From positions 1,220,498 to 1,284,497 of the forward strand of contig JAAOMT010000135.1 of the NCBI GenBank assembly GCA_016748015.1: a DNA stretch of 64,000 bases, given 5' to 3'. The translations under genes were made by a program, and so were the position numbers. This DNA is from Geosiphon pyriformis uo1. Lineage: Eukaryota; Fungi; Glomeromycota. The notes beneath the pieces were generated by a model. That model did no database searches. It saw only the letters and a list, made by a program, of their open reading frames with translations, and was not told the origin of the DNA. The stretch's first letter is position 1; each line of letters starts with the position of its first letter. This document shows, piece after piece, positions 41,407 through 53,984 of the stretch.

Positions 41407-44400
41407 ATAATTCAACAGAGAACCAACACCAACAAACACCCATTCAAAACAGTAACAGAATCTAAAGAAACAAGAACAAACCATTTGGAATTCACAAAAT
41501 TCTTATTCTAATACTATCACACCCATCTCAGATTAACAAATAATAGTTGGCCAACAGAATCAGCTTTCAATTACTATGTCAATGAGAGAATAGTATATTA
41601 TTTGGAAGGCCAAGAAGATCTAAAATCCATCTTTAATAATTTTTTCAGCAAATTATTTCAAAGCACTACTCTTGTATAAAACTACTTATTTGCATTCTTA
41701 ATCACAGAAATAAACAGAAAAATTGAAAAATACACCAAGCAAAGATTTTCTATTACTTTTGCTGACAAGAAAAAAAGAAGATTACAAACATCAACAGGAA
41801 CACCAAAACAAATCCAACTATCCACTTAAAAGAAACAAAGATTTAATTCACCTGCTAATTCATCATATCACCATACACTTGGAAGTACTATCAATATAAT
41901 AAGCATGGCTACAGCAAGCACAACACAACTAAACAGAATCCCATTTCAAAGTAAACAAATAAAAGCAGAATTATTAGGAACATATGGTGATTATTTTGAG
42001 AGATTTAAATCTTGATCTTCAACATCATTAGAAATTTGATTACTACCATCACAACCAGATTTCAGAGCAATTAGTCCTTGGGAAATAACTGACTCTGAGA
42101 AAAAGAAAAGTAGCAATCAAGAAATTAGCAAGCGAAATCCAATCCTAAAAAATCCAGAAATCAAAACTCTGATTAATTAAACTCCAAAAAATTAGAACAA
42201 TCCAAACCCCAACATTATTACTCAGAAAAACTTACCTCCAGTAATCATGATTAATCCACTACCAGTTCTATTAATCAATAAACAGCAACAGTCACAACCA
42301 CTACTTCAGCAGCAAATACAACAACAATCACAATTATAACAACAACTACTATTAATACTAATGACATATGCACCTATCACCAAAATTGAGAAATTCATTG
42401 GTAAAAAGGACAACACACAAGTATGGCTCAACGACATAAAAAAAGCCATTACAACCAATAGATAGAATAATGACAGAGCCCTTCAAGCAATTCCCTATTT
42501 TCTCCAAAATACTGCCGATTCATAATATCAGAGTTTAGCCACCAAACCCCAAACTTTTTAAGAATTCAAACTGGAGTTTGTGAGATATTTCAGTAACAAT
42601 AATAGCATTAACTACTTGGCAAATACATTTACAACCATAAAGCAAAGAAAAACTGAAGCAGTTACTACTTACTTAGGATGCTTCCATAGGAATTTGCACC
42701 AAATATAAGCAATTGATGCAAATTACTTTACAGTGCCACAAATTCTAAACCAGTTTATCTATGGATTATGCAATAGCATCTTCCAACACATATGTTCAAT
42801 GTACCCACAAACTCTCCAAAATGCAGTTACTAATACAAGAAATTTCAAATCCACTAAACTCAAAGCTAACCACGCTCAAGCCATCAATCCAGTAATGAAC
42901 AGATCATCTGAATTGGATTCTAAGTTGAAACAATTCAGTAATTTTATTAACCAAAAATTAGAGAGATACTTAGCTAACAATTAGGCAATTTATTAACCTC
43001 TACAATGACACAATACTCAAGGAAATGTGAATCAGTTCCCAAATCAGTCACATCCATCCTTCTTAACCAATTAACAGTGGCAGCAGAAGACATGTGTTTG
43101 CCATTACTGTGGTAAATAAGAACATTTGAGAATTGATTGCAAGTTAAAAATAGATAACCAATGATCAGGAAATCAATAACAAAACCCTAATTGCCAGTTT
43201 CAAACTCTGAGTTACCAACCAAACTCAGAACCATATCATCAGAATTACTTACCAATAATGCAGTAGTCAATATATCAACCACCTATTTATTAGACTCTAG
43301 CACCAGTTATTTATCAACCACAGCCATAAATAATATATCAACTTTAACAAATTCTCATATTGCCACCAAACTCAGTTCAGATGATGTCAAGAAATTCCAG
43401 ATCAAGAGTTACCCAAAACTGGAGATTGGTGATAGTTGTTTACCAACTGATTTCCAGTTTATCCAACCAACTGTTAGGATCATGCCAGTGGAATTCAGGA
43501 ACTAGATATACTCAAAACTCGAGTTTTCAGAACTATTTAAGTCTCCTGGTTAACCCAGAAGACACTTCATCTAATAACCAGGAACCCAACCAGAACAAAT
43601 CACTTACCAGCAACATATCTTTAGCCACTATAACCAATAATGAATCACTAGCAGCAATTTTTCCATTTGAATTTGAAAAATTATTATAACCACTATTGTT
43701 TAGTAGAACTGTGCTTGAAGAAAAACCAATCACCACCATGTACACTGATGCTAAAGTTGATGGCCATCTTATTAAACTAATATTAAACAGTAGGTCAGCA
43801 GGCAGTATTATTACATGACAACTCATAGACCAATTAGGTCGCCAAGTTGATTGTACTGCCAGTGCCAGAATCATAACTGCTGATAAAGCAACCAAAACTC
43901 TAATTAGCAAGATTAATAATCTCCCCATAGAAGTCAACAGCATCATAGTACCAATTAAGGTATTAGTCATAAAAGCCACTCAATACCAAGCACTAGTTGG
44001 TAATAACTGGCTGTCCAAAACCAATGTGGTACTTGATTGGACCACTCAGGAACTCTAGCTAAGCCAAAATGGCCAACATATGAGAGTACAAGCTTTCTGT
44101 AGTCACTTTAAACCAACCACTATGTGACCACTAATTAAGCTGAAAAAAAAAAAAAACTAAACCCATCTGGAAAGTTTATCAAGTTTTCTGGGCTGACAAT
44201 GATCACAATGAACTGCTGCCAGTACTGTTATGGGACAAACAAGGAAAGAAAAAGAGAAGAAAAGAACCTACTTGAAATACTGACCAATTATGGTGGGCTG
44301 ACAACAATCAAAGCAAGTTACCAACAATTTGGACCTAGAAAGAAAAGAAAAAAGAGAAAGCAAAAATACATAAGACTTGAACTCTACATATATTCTATAC

Positions 44401-44870
44401 TTGGCACCATAATCATAAACCAATTACCATCAACTCAAGCTAGTATGTATTGATTGTGGCAAAAAATTGTTATCAATGGGCATATGTTGTGGTAACAACA
44501 AGGAATACTCCATAGCAACCAAGTTCTATTATCACCCATGTGTCTTAGAACACTTTGGATGACCAAAACAACAAGAAAAATAGAACAATAAACTATGTTT
44601 GGCTTGTGGTGAAATGCTGTTAGATGAAAAGATATGAAACAACATTTCTGAACAAGGAAAAACATATGATGAATTGTGTTAATACACAATTCTAATTAGT
44701 AACTAGATAAGAAAAGAGACTTCTATAGAAGCTGCTTAAAGAAAAACAGTAAAACATCTAGACAGTTGTCCATACAACAATGACAAAATATGGTGAATGA
44801 CACTTACCAAAATCAAAAGTGTGTCATCAGAGGAAATCAGAATAATAAAAAATAATCTTCCAAAACCCAT
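41407..44870 (+). pseudogene. Element B ORF1, 5' part (Gag, protease, Cys-rich region)
   Basis: PQILNQF, CHYCGK, KLILNSRSAGSII, CIDCGKKL. Confidence 0.9.
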
Positions 44871-45647
44871 TGTTATTCATAAAAAGAAAACAGATAGAGA
44901 AAATAGCAGACCAATAAGAGAATAATATTTAGCATGTGAGCATATTGCTTAGCAATGTGGAGCAATATCAGAAAGCACAGCACATTGTTCAGCAATGTGG
45001 AGCAATATTAGAAAATTAGGACACATTGTTTAGCAATGTGAGCAATCTCGTAAAACATCAATTATGTATATATAGCAGTAGCATTAGAAGTAAAAAGAGC
45101 AGAATCCTTTAGTTAGAAATCTTTCATCAAAAAAATATCAAATAAATAAATCATTTACCATCCAAATCCACTCTTTACTATCAACACTTTATGTTGATAG
45201 TAATCAATACTTAATCACACTGGAACAATAGTTCTTGATTATGGCTATTAATGAATACTAACTTGCACATTGTCTTGGCTTATTTCTTTTCTTGATTTTA
45301 TTGTTGTATATTAACTGATTAAAGATTAAAGCGCTGAGTAATTGACGTCACGAATAGTCTGGTAAAAGACCCAGAAATAAGGATAAAATTATATATATAT
45401 TAACAGATAGCTTACTAAAAGGGCATGAATGCCAAAATAAACCAGCCACCAAGCTGAAGACAGAAATTGGAAACACAACTCACCAACCAACTATATTGTC
45501 ATTGAATCTCTGTTTATTATACAAAGGACTCAATGCTAAAACCTTCAGATACAACCAATGTACCAATAACATTAGCATTGTCAAGATATTGAGCACCAAG
45601 TTACGATTTGTTATTTGATTTGAGACTCCAAATAATCATCTGTAATA
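44871..45647 (+). repeat. 5' LTR of element C
   Basis: Repeat of 53985-54802. Confidence 0.95.
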
Positions 45648-45649
45648 TT

Positions 45650-45666
45650 TGGTGCTCCCTGTGAGG
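45650..45666 (+). other. Primer-binding site of element C
   Basis: TGGTGCTCCCTGTGAGG, complementary to a tRNA-like 3' end CCUCACAGGGAGCACCA. Confidence 0.88.
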
Positions 45667-45667
45667 T

Positions 45668-48600
45668 ATAATCTTACAGAGAACCAGCATCATCAACAAT
45701 CATCCAAAAGTGACAGAATCAGAAATCATAGGAACAAACCATTTAGGATTTGCCAAATTCTTATTCCAACAGTACAGTCAACAATTAGGATTGAACAATA
45801 ATTATTTTCCAGCAGAATCAGCCTTCAACTTTTACATCAACAATAAAATCACAGACTGCTTAGGAGGAACAGTTAACATTGAATCCACAAGAAAAAATTT
45901 CTATACAGAATTATTTCAACATACCAGCTTACCAAAAAACTACAGTTTTGCACTAATTATTAGGGAAATCAATCAAACTATTGAAAGGTATACACAACAA
46001 CAATTTTCCATCATCTATGCAGATAAAGGCAAAAGAAGATTGCAAACCCCAGCAGTAACACCAAAAAAAATCCAACCACCCAATTGGAAAAAAACCCAAG
46101 TTGAATTACCCACCCATCTATTATACCATTATATGTCTGGAAGTGCCATTAACATCTCATCAACAAACATGTCCACATTAAACATGACATTAACCTTTGG
46201 ACACTTTCTATTTCAAAGTAAACAATAAAAAGCAGAATTATTAAGACCATACGGTGATTACTTTGAAGGATTTAAATTGTGATTGCCAACACTATCAGGA
46301 TTCCAATTACCACCACCTTAACCAGATTTTGGAAACATGAGTCCTTAGGAAATAATGGAATCAGAAGAAGAAGAAGAAGAAGAAGAATCTGAAGATCAAG
46401 AATTTACTTACCAGAATCTGATCACGAAAAACTTGGAATTTGGAACCCCAAATCTTCAAACCCAGCAAAATTCAAATTTAGAAAACTTGGAAATCAAAAC
46501 TCCGAATATTCAACTACTGCCAAATCAGAACAATTAAAACTCTAATCTAATTAATCAACTGGACCTACCTTCTATTATTGTCATTAACCCACCACCAGTT
46601 GAACCAATTGGCCAGCCACTACAACAACCACATCAGCAGATTCAACAGCCACTAGTAGCACTTCAACAACCACCACAACTCAACTTAGATCCAATAGCAT
46701 ACGCACCAATAGCCAAACTTAAAAAATTCACTGGCGAAGAAAATAACACCCAAGTATGGCTAAATAATGTGGAGAAAGCCATTGCAGCTAATGGATGGAA
46801 TGATGCCAGAGCCATGCAAGCCATCCCATATTTTTTCCAGAATACTGCCAATTCATGGTACTAAAGTCTGGTCAACAAACCTCAAGATTTCAATGCATTC
46901 AAAATAGAGTTCTTAAGATACTTCAGCAACAATAACAGCATTAACAGGCTAGCAAACACTTTCACTACCATCAAACAAAGAGAAAATGAAGCAGTCACTA
47001 CTTACTTAGGATGCTTCCACAGAAATCTGCACCAGATCCAAGCCATCAACCCCAATTATTTTACAGTAGCCCAGATCCTAAATCAGTTTATTCGCAGATT
47101 ATGCAGTAGCATCTTACAACACATATGTTCAATGCATCCCATCAATCTGCAAGCAGCCATCACAAATGCCAGAGATTTTGAAGCTGCTGAACTCGAAGCT
47201 AACCATGCCCAAGCCATTAATCTAGTAATGAATGGATCATCTGAATTGGATTCCAAATTGAAACAATTTAGTGATTTCATCAATCAGAAATTAAAGGGAT
47301 ACTTAGCTGACAATTGTGCAATTTATCAACCACCACAATGACACAATAATTCCAGAAATGCAAATTGTTTTCAGAATTAGTCATGTTTATTATCATCGAC
47401 CAATCAACAGTGACAACAAGAAATGTGTGTTTGCCACTATTGTGGTAAACAAAAACACCTACAAATTGATTGCCGCCATCACTTAAATAACCATTGATTG
47501 GAAAATCAATATCGAAACTCCAATTGCCGGTTTCAAATTCTGAATAACCCACCAAACTCAGAACCATATCATCAGAATTACTTACCTATGATGCAGCAGC
47601 CACTTTATCAACCACTAGTATATTAAATGCCAATTTATCAACTAATGACACCAGCAAATTATCAGCTGCAGCCTCAGGTAATATATCAGTCCCAACAAAT
47701 TCAAACACCACCACAGAACTTATCTCAAAACAGAACCCAAAGACTGAGATTGATCCAACAAAGCTGAAGATCATCAATGGTAGTCCACTAACTGATTCCC
47801 AGTTTTTTCACACAACCAACAGAATCCCGACAACAAAATTCAGGCACTGGATACACCCAAAACCCAAATTCCCAGAACTATTTAAGTCTACTGGTTACCC
47901 CAGAAAATGCTCAACCCAATAACCTGGAACCCAACCAACACCCAACACTTACCAGCAACATTCTCCCAGTTACTATCACCGAGAATGAATCACTAGATGC
48001 CATTTTCCTATTTGAATTTGAAGAACCATTGACCACGCCATTATTTAGTGGAGCCATTCTGAAAAAAAAACCCATTACTGTCATGTACACTAATGTCAAG
48101 GTTAATGGCCACTTCATCAAACTGATTCTAGACAGTGGATCAGCTGGCAGCATAATTACAAAACAATTTATGGACCAATTAGGTTGCTGAGTTGATTGCA
48201 CTGCCAGTGCCAGAATTATAACTGCTGATAAAGCAACCAAAACTTCCATTAGTGAAATTAATGACTTCCCTTTTGAAGTCAATGACATCATCATTTTCAT
48301 CAAAGTCTTAGTGATGGAAGCAACCCAATATCAGGCATTAGTAAAAAATGACTGGTTATTTAAAATCAATGCTATACTAGATTGGACAATGCAGAAGCTC
48401 CAACTGAGCCAAAATGGTCAACACACATGTGTACCCACCACGTGTGGCCATTTCAAGACCACCAATTTGACAACATTACTTATTGAATTTGAGAAAAAGG
48501 AGAAAAAACCTACCTGGAAAGCCTATCAAGTATCATGGGCTGAAGCAGACCACAACAAACTGCTGCCAATACTATTATGAGACGAGCCAGAAAAAGGAAA

Positions 48601-51600
48601 ACAAAAAGAAGAACTCACCTGAGAAACTGACAATCTGACATGGACCAACAATAACAACAATAAACTGACATCAAATTGAGAGTGAAAAGAAGATAAAAGA
48701 AGAGACAAAGGGAAAAGGAAAAAAAAAGACACCATCCAAGCCAACAACACATATATTCCAGTCACTTATGCTCCACTACAACAGTCTACCTATTGCCAAT
48801 CCAAACTAATATGCATTTATTGTGGCAAGAAATTGTCATCAATGGGTGCTTGTTGTGGCGATAATGAAGAATACACTTCGGCAACAAAATTCTACTGCTG
48901 TCCATGTGTTATTAAATGCTTTGGAAGGCCAAAACAAGTTGGGAAATAGAACAATGAACCATGCTTGGCTTGTGGAGAAACTCTTCTGAACAAAGAAATA
49001 TGGAACAACATTTCTGGGCAAGGAGAAACATGTGACAAGTCGTATTAATACACGATTCTCATAAGTGACTGAGTGAGAAAAGAAATGCCCATAGACATTG
49101 CCTAGAGATGAGCTGTCAAATGTCTAAATGAGTGTCCACACAACAATGACAAAATATAGCAAATGGCACTCACCAAAATAGAAGGAGCAACCCCAGAAGA
49201 AATAAAAATGATTAAAAATAATCTACCTGAACCTATAGAACTTGATTGAGATCCAGAACCAGTCATAAATCTTCTAGATTCAGAACAATTCTACGAACAT
49301 TACCAAGAGCTAGCACCTATCAGGGAAGAACAAAAGCAGCATTTGAAGCAATTGAATACTCGGTTATATCAACATTGCTTAATTTTCTGTGACTTTTAAT
49401 ATTGTAATAAGTGTAATCTCATTTACAATCTACCATCATGCATGATCTACACGATCCCAGAAGAGGAACCAATCAGTAGCTGTGCATTGGAATTGGAATC
49501 AGTTTTCAATCCCAATTTAAACTCCAATAACGATGACAATGAAAACACTGATTCCAGCTCTGTGCAATATAACAACAAAAATATCAACAATTCAGACTCC
49601 AATTCAAATCCCAAAATATACATTGCACTTCCTGATCTCTCTAAGAAGCAAGAACTCAAATGGTATAGTGATAATAATGAAGGTATCATGCTAGAATGTG
49701 CACATAATACCAATGTAGAGTTTGATTTGAGATATCTGGAAAAAGAAGCCATCAAATTGAAACCAAATTCGCGCACATGTATTGATCTCAAAATAGCTCT
49801 AAAAATTCTAGCAACAATTATGGTTCAATTAACATCTAGGAGTAGCCTAGTGAAAAAAGAAATCAACATCAAAAGAGAAATAATTGACACAGGATATATA
49901 AGAAATATCATTGCTATACTACAAAATGACTCAGAAAAGATCTATATCATAGAGCCAAATGAAAAGATAACACAGGCAATATTCCTGCTTCTAGTAAAAG
50001 TAGCTAAATTAGTATTAGTAAAAAACAGGGAAGAATTAAAGATAACAGCAAGAGGGATACAGGGATTTGAATTCATGGGTAGAATAGATATACTAATTAA
50101 TATGGCAGAGGAAGAAATTGTTGACAAAGGAGAAATTATCTTAATTCATCAAACAATTTCCATTCTGTCATATGATCAGTATATGTTAGCCATAAAAAGG
50201 GAAGTAAGAGATCAAGCTTAATTGTTTGAAGCAAAAGCCACTATTTGTGAATCAGGGGAGATTGGACTCACCAATCTCTACATATCAGCCAAAAGCCCTA
50301 AAAACATCAAAATCCCCATCTATAATACAACTGAAAAGGTTATCAAAATACCAAAGAGAACTATCATTGGATATTTAACCACCAAAGTTGAGGATTAACC
50401 ACCAAACCACATTCCAAATTTTCCACAGCTTTGTGGATATGTGGACATTATATCACAAACCATCTATGGAAGAAGTAAATATTATCTGCTCCAATCAGAA
50501 CAATTGGAACAGATGAACATAAGGAATCTAGATCCACTTCAACAGATGCAACTCAAGATGTTACTTAACAATTTCAATGACATCTTTACTAGCAAAAATA
50601 AATTTGGTTAAACCAATATCATCCAGTATTAAATCAAGACTAGAAATACAATGCCAATTAAACAAAGAGCATACAGAGTACTACCAGCTAGCCATGAGAT
50701 CATTCGTCAAAAAATTAACCAAATGCTTGACAATAGGCTAATTCAGTCATCAATGAGTCCATGGTTATTACCAGTAGTACTGGTTCATAAGAAAAATGGG
50801 AAAATCCATTTTTGTGTAGACTACCGAAAACTGAATAGAGTAACAAAAGGTAATAGCTATCCAACTTTAAAGATCCAAAAACTATTCGACGCTTTTGAAG
50901 GAAATAAATGGTTCTTGACACTAGATTTAGATAGTAGTTACTGGCAAGTAGCCATGGATCCAGCCAACAAAGAGAAAGAAATTTTGAGTTTAAAGTCATG
51001 CCATTTGGCTTAATAAATACTCTAGCAACATTTCAACAGCTTATGGAAATTGTCTATACTGAACTACTATGGAAATCAGTAGTCATATACTTGGATGACA
51101 CCAATGTGTTCTCAAAAACATTTGATGATTATCTGCACCATCTCCAAGAAGTGTTCAAAAGATTAAGAAGAGCCAGATTGAAACTAAATACAACCAAATA
51201 TTTCTTTAGAAAAACTGAACTCAAGTTTTTGGAACATGTAGTGAGCAAAGATGGAATCAAAACGGATCCAGACAAGATCGAAGTAGTTAAGAACTTTTCA
51301 ATACCAATCAACTTGACAGAACTAACTATTGTCACTTCATTAAGGACTTTTCTAAACTAGCTCAGCCACTTCACTATCTACAAACCAAGAATGTGAAGTA
51401 TGAATGGACTGAAGCTTAACAAAAAGCTTTTGACACATTGAGAAGAAAGCTTATCCAAGCTCCAGTATTGATATATCCAGATTACAACAAACCATTCATT
51501 ATTACTACTGATGCATCAGGTCAAGCATTGGGAGCAGTACTATCACAAAAAAAACCAGATAGAAGAGAACATCCAGTAGCTTATGCCAGTAGAAGCTTAA

Positions 51601-51866
51601 ATCCAGCTGAGAAAAACTATGGAACTTTAGCATTAGAACACTTTGCTATCTATTGGGCTGTCATCAAATGGAAGAAGTACTTGAATCAAAAGTTTGAAGT
51701 GTACACTGATCACAAAGGATTGACTTCAATCCAGAAACAAGAATTTGTAGACAATTGTCATGCCAGATGGAAAATAGAACTTTCACCATTTAATTATACA
51801 GAACATTATAAAAAGGAAAAAAACAATGGAAATGCTGATGAACTGTTACAAATGAGACAAATCTAA
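45668..51866 (+). pseudogene. Element C Gag-PR-Cys-rich-dUTPase-RT-RNase H polyprotein (degenerate)
   Basis: CHYCGKQKHLQIDC; LILDSGSAGSII; dUTPase at about 49660-50090; CVDYRKLN, YLDD; TTDASGQALGAVL, YTDH, NGNAD. Confidence 0.93.
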
Positions 51867-51896
51867 AAACATTTTAATCCAAAAATATAACAAAAG

Positions 51897-53279
51897 ATGA
51901 ACACACAAAAATACCAACAACTCTAACATTATATAAATACTCAATCGTTCAAAGAGAAATTATCTCAAAAAGAACAAAACAACATAAAACAATAATCAAA
52001 ATATTTTATCAATCATCAAAATATACTTTACCAGAAGAACAGAAGAAATCTAGATCAACCAATCAGAGTAATCACAGAACCAGAGAAAGAGACAATACTA
52101 TTCAACATGCATTCAGATCTAACAGCAGGACATTTTCATAAAGAAGTGATCATAGAAAGAACCAGAAAAAAATATTATTGGCCATCAATATATCCAGACA
52201 TCATCCAATATATTTAAAATTGTGATGTCTGTCAAAAAAGAGGAGGAACAAGACCAAGTAAACCATTAAGACCAATCAAAGTAGAACAACCATTTGATCA
52301 CATTGGAATTGACTTAGTCAGACCATTAACAATCACCAATAGAGACAACAGATATATCGCAGTAGCCATGAACTATTTCACTAAATGGCCAGAAACAAAA
52401 GCCATTCAAAGAGCAGATGCAAAATCCATTGCCGAATTCATTCATCAAGATTTGATTTGTTGACATAGATATCCAAAAGAACTATTATCAGATCAAGGAA
52501 CCCATTTTGTGAACAGAACATTAGCAGAATTAAGTCAGAGATTTGGAATCAAAAGACCATTATAATTATCATACCATCTACAAACAAATGAGTTAGTTGA
52601 GAGGTTTAACAGAACATTGTGTGAAGCAATTGCCAAGATCAGTCAAAAAAATCAGGACAAATGGTATTTGTTTATACCATCAGTATTATTTGCTTATCAG
52701 ACAATGAGACAAGATACTACACAAGCAACACCATTTGAATTAGTATACAGTAGAACAGCAACATTACCAGTTGAGATAAAAGTCAACACTTATCCAACAG
52801 AACCAATAACTGAAGACAATTTTCAGGAAATGTTGCTAAGAAGAACATATGACTTGATGAAAACACTAGAAAACAAACAACAAAAAGCAGCTAACAACAT
52901 CCAAAAGTCACAAGAAAAGCAAAAAGAACAACATGATAACTAACTACCAAATAAACCAGTTGAATTCCAGATTGGAGACAAAGTACTATTACATCATACC
53001 AAAGTGAAAAAACAATGGAGTGGAAAATTCGACCCCAAATGGGACAGACCATTTTACATAGAAAAAATTCTAGGAAATGAAGCTTATAAATTAAAATGGA
53101 ACAACAAAATCTTAGCTAAAGCAACACATGATGATTGACTGAAACCATATCACCAGATAGCATCATTATTTACCAATAACATTTCACAACTGGAAGTACA
53201 AAAAATACTAGTTCAACCAGATGAGATTCCATGAAATCTAGAACCAATCATAGTTATTGAACCAAACATGGCAAATTGA
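51897..53279 (+). pseudogene. Element C integrase (stand-alone ORF, 460 codons)
   Basis: Own ATG (MNTQKYQQL); HHCC, DDE core and GPY/F motifs. Confidence 0.92.
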
Positions 53280-53335
53280 ACAACCAAAAGAATATATAAA
53301 GACACAGTACACGCAACAAAAGCAACCAAAAAAAA

Positions 53336-53971
53336 ATGAAAATACCAGATCATATCTACACTATAGTTTAACAATTGTTCCAGGTCTTAAGTCAACAACT
53401 TTTAGACATGGAAATTATTGTTAACAACCAAACAATCTGCTATAGAAACACCAAAAGAAAAACAAAAAATATATCATATTAGCGGTTACCAAAAAATAAT
53501 AAAAACTGGTCAGATAACATAATAGAAAAAGTAAAGAACACTTTTGGGAAAATACCTATTATGGCACCAACAGAAAAACTTACAAAAGAGAATTGGAAGC
53601 AATAGACAAAACAACTTCCAATATCATACTATTACTACCAGTTAAATTGAAAGTTGAATATTCAAGAGTTGTATATCAACAAATTCAAAAGAATATTTAA
53701 CCAGAACATAATACAGCAAATTAAAAAATTTATTGGGAAAAAGATGAACTCAACATTATATGTGAGAACAATTTACTGACTATACAACATATTTCAGAAC
53801 TATTCAGAAATACTGTTACACTCTGACATAGAAACCATAACCATTAACCAATGGGAAAGAATGAACAATACACAAATAGAAAACATGAAGAACAGAGTTA
53901 AACAAACAATATTTGAAAAAGAAGTATTAGAATTAATTCAAAATAAAGATTTTGACAGAGCTCAATATTAA
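53336..53971 (+). pseudogene. Element C orphan ORF3 (211 codons)
   Basis: MKIPDHIYTIV...QNKDFDRAQY*; same length as in A and B. Confidence 0.8.
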
Positions 53972-53984
53972 TAGAAGGAGATAA

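Noticed and set aside
43191-43505. Overlapping Ser/Thr-rich alternative-frame ORF suggesting a gag-pol frameshift
   Set aside because: Gag knuckle and protease connect in one frame once CAA>TAA stops are reverted; the alternative frame is a shadow of the Gln/Pro/Tyr-rich linker
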